Of a stretch of 64,000 nt of DNA, positions 39,175 through 46,789 are shown piece after piece. Within the stretch, counting starts at the first letter, position 1. The number at the start of each line of letters is the position of its first letter. This DNA comes from an uncultured Chloroflexia bacterium (GTDB lineage: Bacteria; Chloroflexota; Limnocylindria; Limnocylindrales; CSP1-4). The translations under genes were made by a program, and so were the position numbers. Location of the stretch: assembly GCA_963844945.1 (NCBI GenBank), contig CAWJQZ010000059.1, forward strand, positions 377,440 through 441,439, in the 5' to 3' direction. Below the pieces are notes generated by a model. The model ran no database searches, had not been told where the DNA came from, and saw only the letters and a list, made by a program, of their open reading frames with translations.

Positions 39175-39744
39175 TCAGCGCGCGGCCCGGCCCGTGGCGG
39201 GGTCGAGGGCCGCGGCCTCTCCGCCGTAGCCCGTCAGCACGAGCGAGCCCCCGACGAGCGCCGCTGCCGTGACGACGTCCGAGTGGGCGACGCGCCAGGC
39301 GACCTCGCCGTCCGGGAGGACCGCGAAGGTCTCCACCTCCGACTGGACGATGACGTGCGGAAGACGCGGCGAGCCCAGCACCGCGACGACCGGCGATCCG
39401 CAACGATGCGTCCACCGCAGGGCCCCCGTCCGCGTGTCGAACGCGTACGCGAGGAACCCGTAGCCGATGACGAGTGCCCCGGCCGTGTCCCAGGCGAAGG
39501 CCAGCGGCGGGCCGCTCAGCCGCGAGGCGAGCCGGACGGTCCAGGCACCCGCCGGCGTCTCGACGCGCATCTCCGCGCGGCAGAGGGCGTCGGGGTCCGG
39601 TCCGGCGAGCTGCCCGAGGTCGGTCGTCGTGCCACCGACCTCCGAGAGCGCGAAGACCGCTGCGGCCTGCCCGCTCCCGGCCCAGACGGTGCGGACGCGG
39701 ATCCCGCCGGGGTACGTGGCGATCGAGCGCTCGGGCTCGGCCAT
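39175..39744 (-). CDS. Hypothetical protein (beta-rich, possibly propeller-like)
   Basis: 189-aa ORF with protein-like composition. Repeated ...G.L.W...-type strands (TGALRWTH, GEVAWRV). No firm family assignment. Confidence 0.5.
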   Translation of the reverse strand: MAEPERSIATYPGGIRVRTVWAGSGQAAAVFALSEVGGTTTDLGQLAGPDPDALCRAEMRVETPAGAWTVRLASRLSGPPLAFAWDTAGALVIGYGFLAYAFDTRTGALRWTHRCGSPVVAVLGSPRLPHVIVQSEVETFAVLPDGEVAWRVAHSDVVTAAALVGGSLVLTGYGGEAAALDPATGRAAR

Positions 39745-39774
39745 CAGCGGGACCTCGTCACGGGTGGGAGCCGA

Positions 39775-40389
39775 TCACGCCGGACCGGCGGCCTCGTCCG
39801 GCCGGTCCTCCACGATCGGCGCGACCGTCGCGTTCGCGAGCGCGCGGAGCGTGGCCGGGGGGACGGGGAAGACGACATTCGGGAGCCCGGCGGCGGCCCA
39901 CACCTCCCGGTGACGGTCGAGTGCGGGGTCCATCACGACCTTCACGTGGTGCTCGTGGCCGAGCGGCGGGATCCCGCCGATGACGAACCCCGTCAGGTCG
40001 CGGGCCTCGCGCGCCGTCGCGCGCCGGATCTCCCGCTCGCCGACGACCGCGGCGAGGCGGGCTACGTCCACCCGGTCCGGGCCGGCGACGAGGCACACCC
40101 ACGTCCGCGTCCCGCCCTCGTCGTCGGCCGCCACGAAGACGAGCGACTTCACGATGACGTCGACCGACGCCCCGACGGCCGCGGCGGCCTCGGCGGCGGT
40201 GTGCGTGGACTCGGCGAACGTGTGGATGTCGAGGGTCACGCCCTTGCGGGCAGCCGCATCGACGACACGGGCGACGGCGGGATGGAGGGGGGTCTCGGGC
40301 ACGTCGGCGAGTCTAGCAAGGCGCCGGTGCGTCGCGGGCTCAAGCGCTGCCGGCCGCCCGACCCGGCGCCGTGGGCCGTGGCCGCGCAT
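39775..40389 (-). CDS. YbaK/ProX-type aminoacyl-tRNA deacylase (trans-editing domain)
   Basis: Within ORF 39775..40455. ATG 40389 was chosen, and a later start is possible. Motifs: TAAEAAAAVGASVDVIVKSLVFV, TGFVIGGIPPLGH and VVMDPAL. Confidence 0.7.
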   Translation of the reverse strand: MRGHGPRRRVGRPAALEPATHRRLARLADVPETPLHPAVARVVDAAARKGVTLDIHTFAESTHTAAEAAAAVGASVDVIVKSLVFVAADDEGGTRTWVCLVAGPDRVDVARLAAVVGEREIRRATAREARDLTGFVIGGIPPLGHEHHVKVVMDPALDRHREVWAAAGLPNVVFPVPPATLRALANATVAPIVEDRPDEAAGPA

Positions 40390-40454
40390 CACGGCCGGGT
40401 GTAGATTCGCCGTGCCGGCCGTGCAGGACCATCCGCACGGATCCGGCGTCACCA

Positions 40455-40555
40455 TGCGAGTGGTGGGACAGGGGAGCGCCTCGGGCGCTGAGAGTGCGGG
40501 CGACCGCAGACCCTCGGAACCTGATCCGGGTCATGCCGGCGAAGGGAGTCCAGAC
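40455..40555 (+). promoter_or_regulatory. TPP (THI-box) riboswitch
   Basis: GGGAGCGCCUCGGGCGCUGAGAGUGCGGG...ACCCUCGGAACCUGAUCCGGGUCAUGCCGGCGAAGGGAGUCC matches the conserved CUGAGA and ACCUGAUCYGGNUMAUGCCNGCGNAGGGA cores. It lies about 40 nt upstream of thiN. Confidence 0.8.
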
Positions 40556-40592
40556 GACCTCCGTCCCCCGATGGGAGGTCGGCACGTCCCCG

Positions 40593-41303
40593 ATGCACGC
40601 GATCATCGTCGCCGGCGGCGACCCGCCGGACCGCGCCGCCCTCGACGCGACGTGGCCCGGCTGGGACGACGCATGCGGCCTCGTCGTCGCCGCCGACCGC
40701 GGCGCTCTGACGGCACTCGCGCTCGGGTTCAGGCCCGACCTTGTCGTGGGCGACGTGGACTCGCTCGACCCGGCGGATGCGCGGCGGATCGAAGCTGCCG
40801 GGATCCCCATGGAGACGGTCCAGGCCGCGAAGGACGAGACGGACACCGAGCTCGCGATCCGCGCTGCGCTCGCCCGCGGTGCGACGCGTATCACGATCCT
40901 CGGCGCGCTCGGCGGCCCGCGGCTCGACCACGCGCTCGCGAACGTCGCCCTGCTCGGGATGGACGCGCTCGCCGGTCCACCCGCCGCGATCCTCGACGGG
41001 CGGACGCGCGTCCGGCTGCTCGCCGCCAACGGCGACCAGGTCGCGGAGCTTCCGCTCCCGGGGAGGATCGGCGACCTCGTCTCGCTCATCCCGCTCGGCA
41101 TCGCCGCGACCGGCGTCACCACGTCCGGCCTCGCGTGGCCGCTGGACGATGCGGACCTGCCCGCCGGGCCCGCGCGCGGCGTCTCGAACGTCCGGACCGC
41201 TGCCGACGCGCGCGTCCGGCTCCGCAGTGGTCGTCTCCTCGTCGTCGAGGTCGCGGACGACCGGCCCCACGCCACCCCACAGCACCACGGAGGTCCCCGA
41301 TGA
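40593..41303 (+). CDS. thiN: Thiamine pyrophosphokinase
   Basis: ATG 40593 within ORF 40371..41303. Motifs: VVAADRGA, DLVVGDVDSL, KDETDTELAI and ITILGALGGPRLDHALANV, plus a C-terminal thiamine-binding domain. Confidence 0.8.
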   Translation: MHAIIVAGGDPPDRAALDATWPGWDDACGLVVAADRGALTALALGFRPDLVVGDVDSLDPADARRIEAAGIPMETVQAAKDETDTELAIRAALARGATRITILGALGGPRLDHALANVALLGMDALAGPPAAILDGRTRVRLLAANGDQVAELPLPGRIGDLVSLIPLGIAATGVTTSGLAWPLDDADLPAGPARGVSNVRTAADARVRLRSGRLLVVEVADDRPHATPQHHGGPR

Positions 41304-41917
41304 ACGCGTCCCCCTCGCCCGCGGTCACCCCGGCCGCACGCACGCCGTCGCTCGCGCGCTGGCGCACGCTCGACATCGTCGTGGTCGCCGTCGTCGCGGT
41401 CGCCTTCGGCGTCGTCTTCTGGGCGTGGAACTACGTCTGGGCGGCGCTCGACCCGCTCTTCACCGCATTCAAGCCCGCGGAGTACGTCATCAGCGGCGTC
41501 TGGCTCATGCCCGCCGTCATCGCGCCGCTCATCGTCCGCCGGCCGGGCGCGGCGATCTTCGCCGAGGTCGTCGCGGCGTCGGTCTCCGCCATGCTCGGGA
41601 GCATCTGGGGGCTCGACGTCCTCCTCTCCGGCATCGCCCAGGGGCTCGGCGCCGAGATCGTCTTCGCGATCCTCCTCTATCGCGGCTGGAGCCTCCCGGT
41701 GGCCGTCGCGGCGGGCGCCGGCGCGGCGATCGGCATGGCCCTGCACGACATCCCGGTCTACTACCCGCCGAGCGCCGGGTACGACATGGGCTTCTACGTC
41801 CCGGTCGTCATCGCGATGCTCATCTCGGGCGCGGTCGTGGCGGGCGCGGGCGGATGGGCGCTCGTGCGGGCCCTCGCGCGGACGGGGGTGCTCCGAGCGT
41901 TCCCGTCGGGCGCGTGA
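41300..41917 (+). CDS. ykoE: ECF transporter S component (YkoE-like, thiamine/HMP-related)
   Basis: ATG 41300 overlaps the thiN stop. About 205 aa with 6 hydrophobic helices. The position between a TPP riboswitch/thiN and a duplicated ECF ATPase matches the ykoEDC arrangement. Confidence 0.7.
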   Translation: MNASPSPAVTPAARTPSLARWRTLDIVVVAVVAVAFGVVFWAWNYVWAALDPLFTAFKPAEYVISGVWLMPAVIAPLIVRRPGAAIFAEVVAASVSAMLGSIWGLDVLLSGIAQGLGAEIVFAILLYRGWSLPVAVAAGAGAAIGMALHDIPVYYPPSAGYDMGFYVPVVIAMLISGAVVAGAGGWALVRALARTGVLRAFPSGA

Positions 41918-43695
41918 CCCTCGCCGGCATCGATCCAGCCACCCAGGGCGTCGCGCGGAGCGACGCCGACGCCCTCGACGCCTCCGCGGGGCCCGCGATC
42001 GCCGCCACCGGGTTCGGCTGGACGTACCGCGGGAGCGGCGAGCCCGCGGTACGCGACGTCTCGTTCGTCCTCCCGCGCGGGCGGACGCTGCTCGTCCTCG
42101 GACCTTCCGGGTCCGGCAAGAGCACCCTCGCCCTCTCGATCGCCGGCCTCGTGCCGCACGCGATCCCGGGGACGCTCGCGGGCTCGCTCGTGGTGGACGG
42201 GCTCGACGTCGCGACCACCCCCGCTCCGGTCCTCGGCGACCGCGTCGGGATCGTCTTCCAGGACCCGGCGGCGGGCATCGTACTGGGGCGCGTCGCGGAC
42301 GAGGTGGCGTTCGGCCTGGAGAACCGCGGGTGGCCACTCGAGCGGATGCGGCGGCGGGTCCCGGAGGCGCTGGCCCTTGCCGGCCTCGCGGGCTTCGAGG
42401 ATCGCGGCACCTCGGCGCTCTCCGGTGGGGAGCAGCAGCGCCTCGCGATCGCCGGGGCGCTCGCGGCCGAGCCGGGGATCGTGGTCCTCGACGAGCCCAC
42501 GGCGAACCTCGACCCGCCCGGGATGGCATCGGTCTTCGCCCGCCTCGGGGATCTCGTCGCGGGCCGGGCGCGCACGGTCGTCGTCGTGGAGCACCGGCTC
42601 GACGCCGTCCTCCCCTTCGCCGATCGTGTCCTCGCCCTCGACGCGTCCGGTGCGCAGCTCGCCGAGGGGGCACCCGACGAGGTGGGCGAGCGGTGGGCTG
42701 CCGAGCTCGACCGCGCCGGCGCCTGGCTGCCGACGGCGTGGCGGCGACACGTCCCGCGGCCGCATCCGGCGGCCCTGCCGGTCGAGGAGGTCGCTGCCAC
42801 GGCAGCCGCTGCCACGGCACCCGCGTCCGCGGCCGGGATCGGATCGGGCGGGGACCGCGCCGCGGACGGCCGTGTGGTCCTCGTCGCGGACGGCCTCGGC
42901 ATCCCCGACAGGACCGTGACAGCCGGCCCCGGCCGGATGCTCCTGGACGGGATCTCCCTGCGGGTCGCCCGGGGCGAGCGCGTCGCCCTCGTCGGCCCGA
43001 ACGGGGCGGGGAAGTCCACGCTCCTGCTCGCGCTCGCGGGGCTCCTCCGCCCGTCCGTGGGGAGCGTGCGCGTGGCGACGGCGTCGGGCGACCTCCGCGA
43101 GCCGGCCCGGCTCCGCCCGGCGGAGATCGCCGAGGCCCTCGCCCTCGTCTTCCAGGAGCCCGAGATCGCGTTCGTCGGGCGGACCGTGGCCGAGGAGGTC
43201 GCGGCGGGCGCGCGAGCCCCGGGGGTGTCCGCAGTGCGACCCGCCGGCGACGTGGCCGGCGGTCCGGCGGTCGGCGGCCCGGACGAGGACCCGGCCGCCG
43301 CCGGGGACGCGCTCGTCGCGTCGCTCCTTGACCGGTTCGGCCTCACCGAGCTCGCCGAGCGCGAGCCCCATGCGCTGAGCCGTGGGGAGCAGCGCCGGCT
43401 GTCCGTCGCGGCAGCGTGCGTCCGGGCTCCCGGCCTCCTGCTCCTGGACGAGCCGACGTACGGCATGGACCGGCGCGCGACCGACGCGGTCGTGGACCTC
43501 CTCGACGAGGCACGGCGCGATGGCGGCGCCCAGGTCGTCGCGACGCACGATCCGCGTCTCCTGCCCTCGTGCGACCGCGTGGTGGCGCTCGATGCCGGCC
43601 GCGTCGTCTTCGTCGGTGACGTCGCGGCGTTCTTCGCGGACCCGCCGTACATGCCCGCCGCGCCCTGGCGCGCGGAGGCCGGAGCCGGCGGATGA
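41914..43695 (+). CDS. ykoD: ECF transporter duplicated ATPase (YkoD-like)
   Basis: GTG 41914 overlaps the upstream stop. Two ABC cassettes: [12 protein letters not shown] / [16 protein letters not shown] / VVLDEPTANLD and GPNGAGKSTLLL / LSRGEQRRLSVAAACV / LLLDEPTYGMD. Confidence 0.85.
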   Translation: MTLAGIDPATQGVARSDADALDASAGPAIAATGFGWTYRGSGEPAVRDVSFVLPRGRTLLVLGPSGSGKSTLALSIAGLVPHAIPGTLAGSLVVDGLDVATTPAPVLGDRVGIVFQDPAAGIVLGRVADEVAFGLENRGWPLERMRRRVPEALALAGLAGFEDRGTSALSGGEQQRLAIAGALAAEPGIVVLDEPTANLDPPGMASVFARLGDLVAGRARTVVVVEHRLDAVLPFADRVLALDASGAQLAEGAPDEVGERWAAELDRAGAWLPTAWRRHVPRPHPAALPVEEVAATAAAATAPASAAGIGSGGDRAADGRVVLVADGLGIPDRTVTAGPGRMLLDGISLRVARGERVALVGPNGAGKSTLLLALAGLLRPSVGSVRVATASGDLREPARLRPAEIAEALALVFQEPEIAFVGRTVAEEVAAGARAPGVSAVRPAGDVAGGPAVGGPDEDPAAAGDALVASLLDRFGLTELAEREPHALSRGEQRRLSVAAACVRAPGLLLLDEPTYGMDRRATDAVVDLLDEARRDGGAQVVATHDPRLLPSCDRVVALDAGRVVFVGDVAAFFADPPYMPAAPWRAEAGAGG

Positions 43696-44480
43696 GCTTC
43701 CTCCCGACGCCGCTCGAGCCGGTCCGGCCGGGGCTGCTGCGTCGCGTCGTGCCCGTCACGCGCCTGGCCCTGGCCGCCGTCTGGCTCGCGGTCGCCTTCG
43801 TCGGGGTGGATCCGCGGGTGCCTGCGGTCCTCCTGGTCGCCGCGCTCGCCGCGCTCGCCGGCCTCTCCGGGCTGCCGCTCCGTGCCTCGGTCCGCCGGCT
43901 CGCGCCGCTCGTCCTCGCGGCGGTCGGGCTGGCGATCCTGACCCTGATCCTCCACCCCTCGCGGACGGATCCGTCGGCGGCAGCGCTCGTCACGGTCGGG
44001 CCGCTCCGCGTCACCGTGCCCGCGGCGTCGGCCGCCCTCGCCCTCGCCCTCCGCCTCGCCCTGATCGCCGTGACGACGCTCCTGGTCTTCGGCCCGTCGG
44101 ACCCCACGACGCTCGCCGACTCGCTCGTCCAGCAGTGGCGTGCGCCGGACCGGTTCGCGTACGGGACGCTCGCGGCGCTCCGGATCGCCCCCTTCCTGGC
44201 CTCGGACTGGTCGTCCACGCGCGCGGTCCGCCACCTCCGGGGGATCGAGGCGCGAGGCCCGGCCGGATCGGTCCGCGACGCGGGCGGCCGCCTCCTCGTA
44301 CTGCTCGTCTCGGCCATCCGGCGCGCGGAGCGGATGGCCCTCGCGATGGATTCGCGGGGGTTCGACGCGGGCCGGCGCCGGACGCACTTCCGTCCGCTCC
44401 GCGCGGGCCGGCGCGACCTCCTCCTCCTGGTGGCGGGGATCGCGGTCGCGGTCGCGGCACTCGCCGTGGGGACACTCTGA
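43692..44480 (+). CDS. ykoC: ECF transporter T component (YkoC/CbiQ-like)
   Basis: 262-aa ORF overlapping the ATPase stop (ATGA). It has 5-6 TM helices and the conserved Arg-rich coupling loop (RAVRHLRGIE...AIRRAERMALAMDSRGF). Confidence 0.8.
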   Translation: MSFLPTPLEPVRPGLLRRVVPVTRLALAAVWLAVAFVGVDPRVPAVLLVAALAALAGLSGLPLRASVRRLAPLVLAAVGLAILTLILHPSRTDPSAAALVTVGPLRVTVPAASAALALALRLALIAVTTLLVFGPSDPTTLADSLVQQWRAPDRFAYGTLAALRIAPFLASDWSSTRAVRHLRGIEARGPAGSVRDAGGRLLVLLVSAIRRAERMALAMDSRGFDAGRRRTHFRPLRAGRRDLLLLVAGIAVAVAALAVGTL

Positions 44481-44677
44481 ACGCGAAGGCCGCGTGCTCC
44501 GGCGGCCCGCCCGACGCCGCCCGCCCGACGGCGGCGCTCCGGGAAAGGAAAAGACCCCGCACGTGGGGGGTACGGCGAGGTCTGTCCGAACCATAAGCGG
44601 TCGCCGCTTCCGGGCGCATCGTCCGAACTCCGTATCATCTTCGAACGTTCTGGTCATGCATCCATACGGGAGACGAC

Positions 44678-45451
44678 GTGTCCGAGACGCACGGGGAGTC
44701 CGCGACGGCGATCGCGCACGAGTGGCGACCTGAGCGGTTCATGGTCATCGCCGCGCATCCGGACGACGCGGAGTTCGGGCCCGCGGCCACCGCGGCGCGG
44801 TGGATCGACGCCGGGTCGGTGGGCCGCCTCGTCTGCTGCACCAGCGGCGACCAGGGCGGAGAGGACCCTGGCGGCGATCCGCTCGCCCTCGCGGCGAGAC
44901 GCGAGACGGAGCAGACCGCCGCGGCCGCGGTCGTGGGCTACGCCGGCGTCTCGTTCCTCCACCAGCCCGACGGCGCGGTCGCGAACGACCTCCCCCTGCG
45001 CGAGCTCCTCGTCCGCGAGATCCGCGCGTTCCGGCCCGATGCCGTCCTCACGCACGACCCCGAGGTCCTCTTCTACGGGGGCGGCGGCGTGAACCACACG
45101 GATCACCGGACGGTGGGCTTCGCGGCCGTGGACGCGGTCTTCCCCGCGGCACGGAACCCGATGGCCTTCCCGTCGCTCGCCCGGGGAGGCCTCGCCGCGC
45201 ATCGCGTGCGGCGGCTCTACCTGTTCTGGCCGAACTCCCCGGACATCTGGGTCGACGTCACGTCGACGATCGACCGGCGCATCGACGCCCTCCGGTGCCA
45301 CGCCAGCCAGCTCCACCACCCGGAGCGGCTCGAGGAGCGGATCCGCGCGTGGGGCGCCGAGGAGGGCCGGCCCATCGGGGCCGCATACGGGGAGGCGTTC
45401 CGCCTCGTCGTCATCGACGAGGACGAGGAGGACGCGCCCGAGATCGTGTGA
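44678..45451 (+). CDS. PIG-L/LmbE-family deacetylase
   Basis: 257-aa ORF (GTG start) with the signature VIAAHPDDAEFG and downstream HTDHRTVG zinc-site residues. Confidence 0.8.
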   Translation: MSETHGESATAIAHEWRPERFMVIAAHPDDAEFGPAATAARWIDAGSVGRLVCCTSGDQGGEDPGGDPLALAARRETEQTAAAAVVGYAGVSFLHQPDGAVANDLPLRELLVREIRAFRPDAVLTHDPEVLFYGGGGVNHTDHRTVGFAAVDAVFPAARNPMAFPSLARGGLAAHRVRRLYLFWPNSPDIWVDVTSTIDRRIDALRCHASQLHHPERLEERIRAWGAEEGRPIGAAYGEAFRLVVIDEDEEDAPEIV

Positions 45452-45457
45452 CCGCGG

Positions 45458-46660
45458 TCAGTCGGTCTCGGCGAGGAGGAGGGGCCGGACCCGCCCCCAC
45501 GCATTCCAGAGATCCGTGAACACCTCGGCACGTCGCCCGAGCAGGGCGACCATCTCCCCGAGCGTCAGCCCGCCGGCCTGCTCGAGCAGGAATCCGTAGA
45601 CGTTCGTCTCGGTGCCGTCGAAGAGCCGCGCCATCTCCTCCTCGTTGGGCCAGATGCGGACGCGCATCGGGTCCGCGCCGGCGAACCCGACCGCGAGCGA
45701 GAGGTCGCGACGGCTGGGCACGCGGTCGTCCGCCCAGCCGGCGCCCGGGATGGGGTGGTGGCCGAGCGCGCCGAGCGCGACCGCGATCTCCCGGCACTCC
45801 GCGGCCGTGAAGATCCCCCAGAACGGGTGGTCCGCCGGGAACACGAACCGTGCCTCCTCGAGCGCGCGCTCGATGATCGCCGAGGCGAGCCCGTCCACGT
45901 CCTCGGCCCACCGCCGCATCGCGTCGGGGTCGTCGGCGCCGAGCGACGCCGCGACCGCATCGCGCGCTGCCGCGTCGCCGGCGAGGATCGCGAGGATCCG
46001 CGGTCGCCCGATCCCGATCGTCGCGTCCGTCGCGCGCATCGTCCCGTCGGCCGTCGCCGGCGTGCCCCCGGGGCCGGCTTCCGCGGCGGTGCGCTCGTGC
46101 GAGCCCGCGAGGAGCGGCCGCGCCGCCCCGCCCATGCCGATCTCCTCGCACGCCGCGAGGCGCTCACGCGCGGCACGGCAGGCCTCGGTCGCCCGCTCGG
46201 CGGCGACGCGCGCGCGATCGACCGCGATCGAACGGCGCTCCAACGCCACGGCCATCCTGCCGATCTCCGCCCGCTCCGCGCCGATCACCCGGCGCGCCGC
46301 GAGCATCGCCGTGTTCGCCTCGTCGATCTCGTGGAGCCACGCCCTCGCGGCGACCTCGAGGTCGCCGGGGCCGGTCGCGTGCGCGCGGCCGGCGCGGAAC
46401 GCCGCGAACGCGTCGTCCTTGCGCCGCCGGATCTCGCGGTGGTCGGAGGCACGGATCGCCCGGTCGTGCTGCTCCTCGTGCATCGCGAGCGAGCGCTGCG
46501 TGTCGCGCAGCTCGGCGCGGGCGACGTCGAGCAGGGCGCGGAGCCGGTCCGCCACGGCGCAGGCTTCCTCGGCCGCGCGACGCTCGGAGGCACACGTATC
46601 CCCGGTCGGCGTCTCGCCGGGCGTCGTCTCCGCCGCGCGGTCGGTCGGCTCGAGCGTCAC
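45458..46660 (-). CDS. Hypothetical protein with N-terminal coiled coil
   Basis: In-frame tail of ORF 45458..47329 from GTG 46660; further upstream the ORF overlaps the divergent gene. Coiled-coil segment (ELRDTQRSLAMHEEQHDRAIR...) and a conserved-looking C-terminal domain (FPADHPFWGIFTAAECREIAVALGALG). Confidence 0.5.
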   Translation of the reverse strand: MTLEPTDRAAETTPGETPTGDTCASERRAAEEACAVADRLRALLDVARAELRDTQRSLAMHEEQHDRAIRASDHREIRRRKDDAFAAFRAGRAHATGPGDLEVAARAWLHEIDEANTAMLAARRVIGAERAEIGRMAVALERRSIAVDRARVAAERATEACRAARERLAACEEIGMGGAARPLLAGSHERTAAEAGPGGTPATADGTMRATDATIGIGRPRILAILAGDAAARDAVAASLGADDPDAMRRWAEDVDGLASAIIERALEEARFVFPADHPFWGIFTAAECREIAVALGALGHHPIPGAGWADDRVPSRRDLSLAVGFAGADPMRVRIWPNEEEMARLFDGTETNVYGFLLEQAGGLTLGEMVALLGRRAEVFTDLWNAWGRVRPLLLAETD

Positions 46661-46789
46661 CTGTCGGCCCCTCCCTGGCGCCCGCGCCGAGGTTCCGGAT
46701 CTTTGCGGGGGCGCCGTACGCGATGGTATCCTGCCGCATCCAGAGACCGCGGTGACTCGGGTCCCCACGAGGAGACGAAGGCACATCCC

